DNA of 64,000 bases, from assembly GCF_018398935.1 (NCBI RefSeq), contig NZ_CP074694.1:1208846-1272845 (forward strand). The letters are read 5' to 3'. This DNA is from Telmatocola sphagniphila (GTDB lineage: Bacteria; Planctomycetota; Planctomycetia; Gemmatales; Gemmataceae). The notes beneath the pieces were generated by a model, which saw only the letters and a program-made list of their open reading frames with translations, had not been told where the DNA came from and did no database searches. Both the position numbers and the translations under genes were made by a program. Positions within the stretch are counted from its first letter, which is position 1. Each line of letters opens with the position of its first letter. This document shows positions 10,357-19,550 of this stretch, in pieces.

Positions 10357-10679
10357 GTGAAACACCGAAAAGCCTATCCATGGAAGAATCGCTCGCGGAA
10401 CTGGAAGACATCCTTTCCGTCTTGGAAAGCAACACGACTTCCCTGGAAGAGAGCCTCTCTCAGTACGAAAGAGGCGTCAGCTTGCTCAAACAGTGTTACG
10501 CGACGTTGAGCCAGGCGGAATTGAAAATCCTGAAGCTCACGGGTTCCGAGGATGGCACTCTGAAATTTGAAAATTTTTCACACACGGCGTCCTCGGAAAC
10601 CCCCGCCGAGGAAGCGAAGCCAGCGACGCGAGCACGCCGGAAAGCGTCGAAAGCGGATAATGAAGAACTTCCTTTCTGA
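10353..10679 (+). CDS. xseB: Exodeoxyribonuclease VII small subunit
   Basis: 108 aa. EESLAELEDIL...LEESLSQYERGVSLLKQC is a typical XseB helical hairpin. Overlaps the xseA stop by 4 bp. Confidence 0.85.
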   Translation: MSETPKSLSMEESLAELEDILSVLESNTTSLEESLSQYERGVSLLKQCYATLSQAELKILKLTGSEDGTLKFENFSHTASSETPAEEAKPATRARRKASKADNEELPF

Positions 10680-10724
10680 GACGATTCTCTGGGAAATTTC
10701 CAAGTCTTTCATAACTCCATAATC

Positions 10725-11639
10725 ATGGCAAATTTTCAGGAATGGGCTAAGTCGCATCAGCAGTCGGTTGAGGAATATCTTCAGGTATGGCTCTCGGACC
10801 AGCTGAACGGCGCTCCGAAAATTCTCAAAGAGGCCATGCTTTACAGCCTGATGGCCGGCGGTAAACGTGTTCGACCGCTTCTGGTTTTCGCAGCTGTAGA
10901 AGCTTTAGGTGGGAATTCTCATCAGGCCCTGCCGGCGGCCGCGGCCGTTGAATGCGTTCACACCTATTCTTTGATTCATGACGACCTACCGGCGATGGAT
11001 GACGATGATCTTCGTCGGGGGAAGCCGACATCGCATAAAGTCTTCGGAGAAGCGCTTGCCATTCTCGCTGGGGATGCGTTGCTTACCTTAGCCTTCGAAA
11101 TCCTGGCCAAGGATTATTCCTCCAATCCCGCTCCGGTCCTCGCGCTGGCTTTGGGGGCAGGGCCAATAGGCATGGTCGGCGGTCAGGTCCTCGATTTAAT
11201 TGCCGATGGCCAGATCGCCGATGCCGAGTGTGATCGAGATAAGAACGACCAGCTCTTTCTGAAGAATATTCAGACCCGGAAAACCGGGGCACTCTTCCTG
11301 GCTTCCGTCCGATTGGGATACGAAGTCGCCTGTCTGGAAATGTCGCAAATCGAGGAATACTGGCAAAATCTCGAAATCTATGGGAATTCCTTCGGTCAGG
11401 CGTTCCAAATCACTGATGATCTGCTGGATTTACACAGCGATGAACAGACTGCGGGGAAAAAAACGAAAAAGGATGCGGGGCGAGGTAAGCTGACCTATCC
11501 CGGTTTGATCGGCATCGAGCAGAGCGAGTTGGAAGCAGAGAAGCATTTCAATCGCGGATTGAAGGCTATTGAAGTATTCGGCGAGAAGGCCTCCCCCTTA
11601 AAAGATTTGTTGCTCGCCCTAAGAAATCGCAAAAAGTAA
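10725..11639 (+). CDS. ispA: Polyprenyl (farnesyl/geranylgeranyl) diphosphate synthase
   Basis: FARM motif LIHDDLPAMDDDDLRRGKPT and SARM motif FQITDDLLD. Sits in the conserved xseB-ispA-dxs arrangement. Confidence 0.85.
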   Translation: MANFQEWAKSHQQSVEEYLQVWLSDQLNGAPKILKEAMLYSLMAGGKRVRPLLVFAAVEALGGNSHQALPAAAAVECVHTYSLIHDDLPAMDDDDLRRGKPTSHKVFGEALAILAGDALLTLAFEILAKDYSSNPAPVLALALGAGPIGMVGGQVLDLIADGQIADAECDRDKNDQLFLKNIQTRKTGALFLASVRLGYEVACLEMSQIEEYWQNLEIYGNSFGQAFQITDDLLDLHSDEQTAGKKTKKDAGRGKLTYPGLIGIEQSELEAEKHFNRGLKAIEVFGEKASPLKDLLLALRNRKK

Positions 11640-11729
11640 TTCGCTTGGCGTGCGAACAGACTATCATACCTTCGTAGAGGTATATACCTGTTAGCCGAGA
11701 GCAGGGCCGGGTTTGGAAAGGATTTAGTC

Positions 11730-13670
11730 TTGAAGGATTCCACAATGGGCTTGTTACTGTCTCAAATTGAATCTCCCGCGGACCTCAAGCGACTGTCGGA
11801 CGAACAACTCAATCAGTTGACGCAGGAAATTCGAGACGAGCTCGTGAGAATCATGAGCATTCGCCCCGCTCACTTCGCCAGCAATCTGGGCGTGGTCGAA
11901 CTCTGTCTGGCTTTGCATCTCACTTTCGATTTTTCCCGGGACCGCTTGATTTGGGACACAGGCCATCAGATTTACCCGCAGAAACTGATTACCGGCCGCT
12001 ATCGACAATTTAGTTCGATACGCACAAAAGGCGGTCTGATGGGATATCCCAATCCCAATGAGAGCATTTACGATCTATTCATGACCGGGCACGCCGGTAG
12101 CAGCGTCTCCACCGTTTCGGGGTTGAAAGCGGCCGATGATTTAATGGGTCAGAGCGAACGTAAAGCTGTGGCCGTGATCGGTGATGGCGCTTTCGTTTCC
12201 GGCGTGGTTTATGAGGCTATTAACAACATTTCCGGCATGGATCAGAATGTCCTGGTGATTCTCAACGACAACAAGATGTCGATATGTCCTCGTACCGGCG
12301 GTCTGGCCCGATATCTCGATAAAACCCGGATGACCGAATTCTACCAGGGATCCAAGAAGACCATTAGCAAAGTTCTGCACACCATTCCTTACATAGGCGA
12401 AAAAGCTCAGCATGCCCTGGAACATCTCCGCGATGGCATGAAAGGAGCAATTCTACGCGAGGGAATGCTGTTTGAAGAGATGGGTTTCCGCTATTTCGGC
12501 CCCGTCGATGGACACGACCTCAACAATCTACGAACGATCCTCGCGGATTTGAAAAATCAGAAGGGCCCGTTGCTGCTGCATGTGTTCACCAATAAAGGCG
12601 AGGGGGTTCCGGAAGCCAGTGCCGACCCCGTCAAGTTCCACACTCCCCCGGTGATCACGAAGCTCGGTCCAGAACGTACGGTCCTCGAGCTGAAAGCCGG
12701 GGGCGCGCGAGCTTACACCGATTCGATGAGTGATGCCATCCATCAGGCCATGGTTGCGGATGAAAAGGTGGCCATCCTCACGGCTGCAATGTGCCAGGGA
12801 AACAAACTGGAGAAGGTCCGCGAGAGTTTCCCCACCCGATTCTTCGATGTCGGAATCTGCGAATCGCATGCCGTCGCTTTCGCAGGCGGCATGGCCAAAG
12901 CAGGAATGAAGCCAATCGTGGATATCTACTCCACCTTCCTTCAGAGAGCTTTCGATCAGATCTTCCAGGAAGTGGCTCTTCAGAATCTCCCCGTTGTCTT
13001 CACCATGGATCGTGCGGGGCTTACCGGCCCAGACGGACCGACGCATCACGGCGTATTCGATATCCCTTACATGCGATTATTCCCGAATATGATCTGCATG
13101 GCCCCTGGGGATGAAACGGAAGTCGAGCCTATGCTGCAGTTTGCACTGCAGCAGAAGAGTCCCACTTCCATTCGATACCCCAAAACGAATCTGGAAAAGG
13201 TTGAGAGGCCCAAAGCTCCAATTCGACTGGGTAAAGCCGAGACCGTGCTGGAAGGCGTGGACGGGACTTTTGTGGCGTTTGGTGCCATCATGCCCTCCTG
13301 CTATCAGGCGGTTCTGAAACTGCGGGCCGAAGGAATGCAGATTGGTCTGATTAACGCCCGATTCGTGAAGCCGCTCGATTCGGAAACGATCCTGGGCGCT
13401 CTGAAGCACACGAAGTTCATACTCACAGTGGAAGAAGGCACTCTCGAGGGAGGTTTCGGGAGTGCTGTTTTGGAAGCCGCTAATCGAGCCAACTTGGATT
13501 CGCGAAAGATTATTCGGGTCGGCCTGCCAGATCGTTTCATCGATCATGCAGAGCGCCACGAACTCCTCGCGGAACTGGGCTTGGATGTCGAAGGGCTTTG
13601 TAAGTCGATGCGAAAGGCCAACGAGCAATTCACTGAATCCCACACCGAACTCACGGAATCGCTACGCTGA
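11730..13670 (+). CDS. dxs: 1-deoxy-D-xylulose-5-phosphate synthase
   Basis: 646 aa. N-terminal LLSQIESPADLKRL, TPP-binding GDGA...NDN motif, a transketolase-like middle domain, and a C-terminal domain. Confidence 0.95.
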   Translation: MKDSTMGLLLSQIESPADLKRLSDEQLNQLTQEIRDELVRIMSIRPAHFASNLGVVELCLALHLTFDFSRDRLIWDTGHQIYPQKLITGRYRQFSSIRTKGGLMGYPNPNESIYDLFMTGHAGSSVSTVSGLKAADDLMGQSERKAVAVIGDGAFVSGVVYEAINNISGMDQNVLVILNDNKMSICPRTGGLARYLDKTRMTEFYQGSKKTISKVLHTIPYIGEKAQHALEHLRDGMKGAILREGMLFEEMGFRYFGPVDGHDLNNLRTILADLKNQKGPLLLHVFTNKGEGVPEASADPVKFHTPPVITKLGPERTVLELKAGGARAYTDSMSDAIHQAMVADEKVAILTAAMCQGNKLEKVRESFPTRFFDVGICESHAVAFAGGMAKAGMKPIVDIYSTFLQRAFDQIFQEVALQNLPVVFTMDRAGLTGPDGPTHHGVFDIPYMRLFPNMICMAPGDETEVEPMLQFALQQKSPTSIRYPKTNLEKVERPKAPIRLGKAETVLEGVDGTFVAFGAIMPSCYQAVLKLRAEGMQIGLINARFVKPLDSETILGALKHTKFILTVEEGTLEGGFGSAVLEAANRANLDSRKIIRVGLPDRFIDHAERHELLAELGLDVEGLCKSMRKANEQFTESHTELTESLR

Positions 13671-13801
13671 GCACAAGTTGTTCCTATTCCGATTGACCAC
13701 CGATTGAGCTCCGATGATGGGCGACAGCAATTTGTTGCAGTATTTTAAGAGTCGGTGAAATTCTTGAATGTAAGCTTGTATATGCTGAATTTCTGAAAAA
13801 T

Positions 13802-14269
13802 TTGATGGGGATCCGAAAGGATTCTTGCTATACTGCGACGGAATTTGAGGATTCAGCAGAAGGATATTTCATGAGTACGACCGGCAATTCTGCAGAGCGG
13901 TATGCCAGCTCGGAAGACACGTTTCAGATCAAACGCTATGGTGATATTGCAATTATTATCCCTTCGTCCTCGATAGAAAGTTTACCCAGTAATCTGATCG
14001 AGCCCGCCGCGCAAATGGTTCTGGCTCCCCTTAAAGAAAATCCGCCCACTCATTTGATCGTCGATCTTTCCAATGTCAGCTACTTTGGCTCCGAATTTAT
14101 CACCTTCCTGCTTCGCTGCCATCTTCTGGTCAAGAAACGGGATAGTGAGTTGGTGCTGGCGGGATTGGGAGATCGGATTCGCGAATTGCTCCATCAAACT
14201 GCGCTGGATACGCTCTGGGCCATCTACGATGATCGGGCGACTGCGATTGCAGCGCTAAGCGGGGATTGA
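13802..14269 (+). CDS. STAS-domain protein (anti-sigma-factor antagonist-like). The start is probably the ATG at 13871.
   Basis: About 110 aa of STAS-like sequence (IVDLSNVSYFGSEFITFLL...ELVLAGLGDRIRELLHQTALDTLWAIYDDRATA). Confidence 0.6.
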   Translation: MMGIRKDSCYTATEFEDSAEGYFMSTTGNSAERYASSEDTFQIKRYGDIAIIIPSSSIESLPSNLIEPAAQMVLAPLKENPPTHLIVDLSNVSYFGSEFITFLLRCHLLVKKRDSELVLAGLGDRIRELLHQTALDTLWAIYDDRATAIAALSGD

Positions 14270-15414
14270 ACGTTGGCGTGAATATCTCCCAATTTCTCAG
14301 GCAAATCACGATTAGGGGAATTGAACCCTATTCTGATTATCCGCCTTCCCATTTCTTACGCGAGAAATCAATGGACTCTGAAAAGTCCGAAAATCCCGAA
14401 ATACCTCTGGAAATTCCGCCCTACGGCGGAAACCCGAAACGACGTCGGGATACTTCAAATTACTCGGTGGAAGATTTCGCCCGGGAAATCAAAGAAACGG
14501 CGGATAAACTCGTCAGCGATGGGGCTAACCGCGGAGACATCAAACTTATTTCGAGTGCACTGAAAGAACTTCGTTATTGCTTCAAGGTATTCAACAATTA
14601 CAAGGGTCGACCCAAGGTCACGATTTTCGGTTCCGCTCGAACTAAACCGCAGGAGAAACTTTATAAAGTTGCGGTCGATTTCGGCCGCGAGATTGTCAAA
14701 GCGGGCTACATGGTAATCACCGGAGCCGCCAGTGGCATTATGGAAGCCGGTCACGAAGGCGCGGAACGGGAAATGTCTATTGGCGTCAACATTCAGCTTC
14801 CTTTCGAGCAGTTTGCCAATCCGATCATACTCGGCGACCAGAAGCTGATGACCATGAAGTACTTCTTCACCCGAAAACTGATGTTCGTGAAAGAAACGGA
14901 TGCCGTGGTGTTATTCCCCGGGGGTTTTGGAACTCACGATGAAGGGTTTGAAGTTCTGACACTGATTCAAACGGGCAAAAGTCATATGTTCCCGGTTGTA
15001 TGTCTGGATGAACCGGGCGGGACCTACTGGAAATTATGGGATAATTTCATTCGCGAAGAATTGCTGGCGAAAAAAATGATTTCGCCCGCGGATCTTTCGC
15101 TGTACAGCGTTACAGATGACGTGAACGAGGCCGTTCGAGAAATTCAAACGTTTTACCGAGTGTACCATTCAATGAGATACGTTCGCGGTGAACTCGTTTT
15201 ACGCTTGAAACAATCGATATCTCCCTCCACCCTGGAAGATATTCGCGCGGAGTACGCCGATATCTGCCCTAGTGGCAATTTCGAGTTGACCAAGGCTTTG
15301 CCCGCTGAGGCCAATGAACCGGCCCTAGCCGATCTGCCGAGACTGAAATTCAAATTTGACCGCAGGGCTCACGGCCGGTTGCGCCAACTCATAAACCATA
15401 TAAATCGGGCTTGA
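14266..15414 (+). CDS. LOG family protein (TIGR00730 / cytokinin riboside 5'-monophosphate phosphoribohydrolase-like). An alternative ATG start is at 14371.
   Basis: VTIFGSARTKPQEKLYKVAVDFGREIVKAGYMVITGAASGIMEAGHEGA and PGGFGTHDEGFEVLTLIQTGK are hallmark LOG motifs. As drawn from 14266, the ORF overlaps the STAS ORF stop by 4 bp. Confidence 0.75.
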   Translation: MNVGVNISQFLRQITIRGIEPYSDYPPSHFLREKSMDSEKSENPEIPLEIPPYGGNPKRRRDTSNYSVEDFAREIKETADKLVSDGANRGDIKLISSALKELRYCFKVFNNYKGRPKVTIFGSARTKPQEKLYKVAVDFGREIVKAGYMVITGAASGIMEAGHEGAEREMSIGVNIQLPFEQFANPIILGDQKLMTMKYFFTRKLMFVKETDAVVLFPGGFGTHDEGFEVLTLIQTGKSHMFPVVCLDEPGGTYWKLWDNFIREELLAKKMISPADLSLYSVTDDVNEAVREIQTFYRVYHSMRYVRGELVLRLKQSISPSTLEDIRAEYADICPSGNFELTKALPAEANEPALADLPRLKFKFDRRAHGRLRQLINHINRA

Positions 15415-15502
15415 GTCTAACTTTCTGTTTCCTCTGTTCGTATTTTGAATAGTAAAATAAGTGTTTACGTAAATAATCGAATCTATTTCGCGGGAGCGTT
15501 CG

Positions 15503-16090
15503 ATGAAGCGGTTAACTGGTTTTCTGGTTCTCTTTCTCTGTTTCGGATCCTACGTATATGCCCAAGAGGCCAAATCGTCTCCTTTCTATCCTTTGAAGAA
15601 GGGGGCTTCCTGGACCTACAAGTCCAGTCAGGGTGGGGAAATTCTGGTGAAAGTCACTGGCACGGATAAAATCGGCGACAAAACGGGATGGAAGCTCGAA
15701 ACCACTGTGAACACAAAGTTGGCGGCCACCGAATTGATCGAGATTCGTGATGACGGATTCTATCGCTACTCCATCAATACCACGAAGGTGGACACGCCGG
15801 TGAAATTCTTCAAACTGCCTCCTGCCAAAGGCGACAGCTGGGATTTCGATTTCAAAGTTCAAAACCAGACCGTTAAAGGCAAATACGAGATTAAAGTGGA
15901 AGACGTGACCGTCAACGGGACACCCTATAAAGGGGCCTTTCTCGTTGAAGGCAAGGACATCACGATCGGCGATAAGAAAGCCGTTCTGAAGCAGTGGTTC
16001 GTGGAGAACGTTGGCATTGTCAAGATTCAGTTCTCCCTCGATGGCCAGGAAGGGATTCTGGAACTCGTAAAGCATGAACCCGGCAGCTGA
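15503..16090 (+). CDS. Secreted hypothetical protein
   Basis: 195 aa. Signal peptide MKRLTGFLVLFLCFGSYVYAQEA, then a beta-rich hydrophilic sequence. No family recognised. Confidence 0.55.
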   Translation: MKRLTGFLVLFLCFGSYVYAQEAKSSPFYPLKKGASWTYKSSQGGEILVKVTGTDKIGDKTGWKLETTVNTKLAATELIEIRDDGFYRYSINTTKVDTPVKFFKLPPAKGDSWDFDFKVQNQTVKGKYEIKVEDVTVNGTPYKGAFLVEGKDITIGDKKAVLKQWFVENVGIVKIQFSLDGQEGILELVKHEPGS

Positions 16091-16119
16091 GTAGTAGCTT
16101 CTGGATTTTGGCCTACGTG

Positions 16120-16152
16120 GGCTCACCCGGCTGTGGTGAGCCGTTTTATTTT
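16120..16152 (+). terminator. Rho-independent terminator after the secreted-protein gene
   Basis: GGCTCACC (16120-16127), 7-nt loop, GGTGAGCC (16135-16142), then GTTTTATTTT. Confidence 0.6.
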
Positions 16153-16163
16153 AGCGAGGTCTT

Positions 16164-17081
16164 TTGATGGCTCCAGCCACGTTCTCCGATCGTCTTTACA
16201 ATTCGATTCGAGAGAAAAACAGCGTTCTCTGTGTGGGACTCGATCCACGTTGGGAACTTCTGCCGCTCGACCTCCGAAATAGCTGCCATGGCTTGGGACT
16301 CGAAAAAATCGCCCGCAGTTATTCAAATTTTTGCTCTGAAGTCATCGATATCGTTGCGCCTTACGTTCCAGTGGTGAAACCGCAGAGTGCTTTTTTTGAG
16401 GCTTGCGGAGCCGCCGGGATTTTGGCGCTGGGTGCCGTGATCGATCACGCTCGTTCCAAAGGGCTGCTCGTGATTCTCGATGCGAAGCGGGGGGATATTT
16501 CGACGACCGGGGAAGCCTATGCGAAGACTGCTTTCACCGGAGCAGACTACGAAGGACAGCATTATTCGCTTTTCGCAGCGGACTCGCTGACGGTGAATCC
16601 CTACCTGGGCGAGGATTCCTTGGAGCCGTTTCTGACGGAAGCGGAAAAAGTGCAGGGCGGGATATTCGTACTTTTGCGGACGAGTAATCCCGGGTCGGGA
16701 CTATTTCAGAATCTGATCTGCGAAGGCAAGCCACTCTATTACCATGTGGCGGACGCTATCAGCCGATGGAACTATGTCACTATCCGTTCTCACGGTTACG
16801 GCAGCATCGGAGCCGTGGTTGGTGCCACCAATCCGAGGGATCTCAAAGAACTTCGCTCGTACATGCCAGGCGTCTGGTTCCTGGTACCGGGGTATGGTGC
16901 TCAGGGAGGGACTGCAGAGGATGTGCGAGAAAGCTTCGACGATAACGGATTCGGGGCGATTGTGAACAGTTCTCGAGGAATCACTTTTTGCTTCAAGCCG
17001 GACAGCAAGGATTGGAAAGCGGCCATTCGACTTGCAGTGGAAAAGACCAACCAGCAATTGAATGCGGTTCGTTCGCGCTAG
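16164..17081 (+). CDS. pyrF: Orotidine 5'-phosphate decarboxylase, long (type 2) form
   Basis: 305 aa. LCVGLDPRWELLP and ILDAKRGDISTTGEAYA are motifs of the type-2 OMP decarboxylase family. Confidence 0.8.
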   Translation: MMAPATFSDRLYNSIREKNSVLCVGLDPRWELLPLDLRNSCHGLGLEKIARSYSNFCSEVIDIVAPYVPVVKPQSAFFEACGAAGILALGAVIDHARSKGLLVILDAKRGDISTTGEAYAKTAFTGADYEGQHYSLFAADSLTVNPYLGEDSLEPFLTEAEKVQGGIFVLLRTSNPGSGLFQNLICEGKPLYYHVADAISRWNYVTIRSHGYGSIGAVVGATNPRDLKELRSYMPGVWFLVPGYGAQGGTAEDVRESFDDNGFGAIVNSSRGITFCFKPDSKDWKAAIRLAVEKTNQQLNAVRSR

Positions 17082-17216
17082 AGATATCGTTTTTCATCTC
17101 CCGCTTTCGCCCTCGTGCCTTCACCACTTTACGGCTTTTCCAAATCAAATCGCCAGCGATTTTGCTAAAATACTCTTTGTGAACCTACCTTTAGTCTCTC
17201 CCTTTCGGAGCACTTC

Positions 17217-18158
17217 ATGTTGAAACGCTGTATTGCCGTTTTATGTCTGTCGCTGTTCGCGGCGTCCGCTCTTCAGGCGGATGAAAAAACCAAAAAATTG
17301 CTGCTGATCACGGATTCCGGCGGATTTGTGCACGATTCCGTGGGCCTTGCGGAAAAACTGTTGACGGAGCTCGGACCCAAATATGGCTGGGAAGTAACCT
17401 GTTTCCGATATACTCGCGACCCGGAAGCCGTCGGGAAGTTCGAAAAACGGGATGAAAAAGGCCAAGTAGTGAAGGAAGCCGGTACAAACAAACCTCTAAT
17501 GGTTGAGCGTAAGATTCTCGATGAATACGCCGAGCGATTCGAGAAAATTACGAAAGTCCCAGTCGATAAGGCCCACATCGGCCGAATCAACAAGCAGACC
17601 CTGGCAAACTTCGACGCGATCCTTTTCTTCACCACGGGTAATCCGATGACGAAAGAAGAGACCAAAGAGCTGGTGGAGTGGGTCAAAGCCGGGCACGGCT
17701 ACGCGGGAACGCACTGTGCCACGGACACGCTGTATAACGAGCCGGAATATGGCGAACTGGTCGGCGGCTACTTCAACAGCCATCCCTGGCATCAGAAAAT
17801 CAAGTTGGTTGTCGAGGACGCCAAGCATCCCGCCGGTGCCCCGTTCGCGGGTTCCACGGAAATCACGGACGAGATCTATCAGTTCAAGACGCCCTATTCT
17901 CGCGAGCGTTTGCACATCATCCTGAGTGTGGATGTAAATACGATCGACTTGACAAAAAAGGACGTCAAACGAACTGACAAAGATTTCGCGGTTTCCTGGT
18001 GTCACGAAGTGGGTAAGGGCAAGGCCTTCTACACATCCCTCGGCCATCGCAAGGAAGTCTGGAGCGATCCGCGATTTCAGAAGCACCTCTTCGGAGGCTT
18101 GGATTGGGCTGTAGGTAGAATTGCCGCCGATGCCACACCCAGCCTGAGCAAACGATAG
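17217..18158 (+). CDS. Secreted ThuA-like protein (type-1 glutamine-amidotransferase-like fold)
   Basis: Signal peptide MLKRCIAVLCLSLFAASALQA. FDAILFFTTGN..., GYAGTHCATDT, and WCHEVGKGKAFYTSLGH match the ThuA family signature W..YGKGRVFYT.LGH. Confidence 0.55.
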   Translation: MLKRCIAVLCLSLFAASALQADEKTKKLLLITDSGGFVHDSVGLAEKLLTELGPKYGWEVTCFRYTRDPEAVGKFEKRDEKGQVVKEAGTNKPLMVERKILDEYAERFEKITKVPVDKAHIGRINKQTLANFDAILFFTTGNPMTKEETKELVEWVKAGHGYAGTHCATDTLYNEPEYGELVGGYFNSHPWHQKIKLVVEDAKHPAGAPFAGSTEITDEIYQFKTPYSRERLHIILSVDVNTIDLTKKDVKRTDKDFAVSWCHEVGKGKAFYTSLGHRKEVWSDPRFQKHLFGGLDWAVGRIAADATPSLSKR

Positions 18159-18970
18159 TCTTCGCGACTTCCAACGCACTTCAGAGATCGGCATACGTTC
18201 GATTTCTGAAGCTTCCTTTTTGAAATTTCACGGCAGACCCAGCCAAGCTTTCAAAAATCGCGATTCAGCTTGAGAACGCCGATCAGGCTTCGGAAATTAC
18301 GCCTACGCAAAATATTCTTCTGCTAGAGCAATCAAATTTCGCGCAAGTTCCAACTCGATTCCTCTGAGAAAATAGTTTTCTTTTTTTAGAATCATTCCTT
18401 TGAAAGCCCAAATATACCGTTCTACAGAAAATTATGTCCAGAATTTGGATAAGGTGTAGCGAATGTAAGATCTGCTTATGCGAAAACTCGAACGATCGCA
18501 ACGCGAATGACAATGCGCTGACCGAATCGAGACTATCAATGTTTCGAACGGTAATAACTCGGACGAGTTTCTCCTATCACTCAAAGGCTGGTAGGAAATC
18601 ATCGGAAAAATTGCTGACTGGTATTGTCCCTTTTGGGATCGAACGCTCAGGCAAATCTCTTTCATGCCTTTTCGCGTATTGAGGGAGAAGTGTATTGAAT
18701 AGACAATTAGTATATATATTTCCGTTGTGTGATATTTAATTACAAACCAGTTGCATCGTTATTCGACAATCCATGTTGTTTTGAGGAATTGAAAAAAGTT
18801 TCGATTAGTTCACGCTCATTTAGATCGTGTAGAGCGTAAGAGATGGGTACAGGGAAGACTTCGCAGAATCTCTTTAACTGCGACAAATAGTGTTATGAGT
18901 ATTTTCAATCGGAACTCTATCGATTTGAATGTCATCATCAGGAAAGTGGGGCATCAAAAGTGAAACCGAA

Positions 18971-19171
18971 TCAGGCAGAGTTTTTTGACGCGTTTTTTCT
19001 TTGATACTTTTTCGGTTGATCCCATCGCGGACTCTTGCATTTGGGGCAGACGTGTGGCCGTGAATTTCCGTGAGGAACCCATTCGTGACCGCAGCGACAT
19101 CGGCAGCCATTCACTAGCACCATACCTATCGGCTTGCTGGAATCGGAGTCGGAACCGGATGTTTTAGTCAT
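18971..19171 (-). CDS. Small zinc-ribbon protein (FmdB-like), inside an AT-rich island. The start is possibly the internal ATG at 19123.
   Basis: MVLVNGCRCRCGHEW...HVCPKCKSPRW carries two Cys pairs (C-x-C-G-H-E-W and CP-x-C-K-S) resembling the FmdB zinc-ribbon pattern MxxYxYxCxxCGHxFE...CPxCGS. It is short and sits in a low-GC region, so this is a low-confidence call. Confidence 0.3.
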   Translation of the reverse strand: MTKTSGSDSDSSKPIGMVLVNGCRCRCGHEWVPHGNSRPHVCPKCKSPRWDQPKKYQRKNASKNSA

Positions 19172-19550
19172 GATCGTTTCTAGAGTAAATTTATATAGCT
19201 TTAAACACTATATGGTTGGTATATACTTAAAGTAAATAGTTAGAGTATATATATTAGTCAGTTTTTTAATATAATCAATTTGTTTTGCCGGGCGCGAATC
19301 ATTTTGCGTCTAATCTTAACAATTATTGATCGCATTTGATAATTTGGTGCTTGAACTAGATGCAACATCTTTGGTTATAGAATGAAAAATAGCATAGTAT
19401 CTTTTTTTCAAATTATTATCTCTCACTACTCAAAAGCCATTCTATTTTTAAATGTGAACGACTCGGACGACTTGAATTAGTTGAATTGCGGTTTTTCTAA
19501 TAGTCATTCCACCGATTAAATTCAGTGCTCATATTTCGGAGTGATTAGAC

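Noticed and set aside
18180-18225. Imperfect hairpin (TCAGAGATCG...CGATTTCTGA) plus CTTTTT after the ThuA-like gene as a terminator
   Set aside because: The stem is AT-rich with a mismatch and the T-tract is short. It is kept only as a weak possibility.
18590-18660. tRNA-like T-arm string (GGGATCGAACGCTCAGG) in the AT-rich island
   Set aside because: I could not fold the flanking sequence into acceptor, D or anticodon arms. There is no GTTC/TTCGA T-loop with complementary stems, so it is not a tRNA.
18283-18682. Overlapping small ORFs 18283..18513(-), 18432..18665(-) and 18434..18682(+) in the AT-rich island
   Set aside because: They overlap one another and are AT-biased with Ser/Arg/Ile-rich products and no recognisable motifs. 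They cannot be supported as genes from sequence alone.
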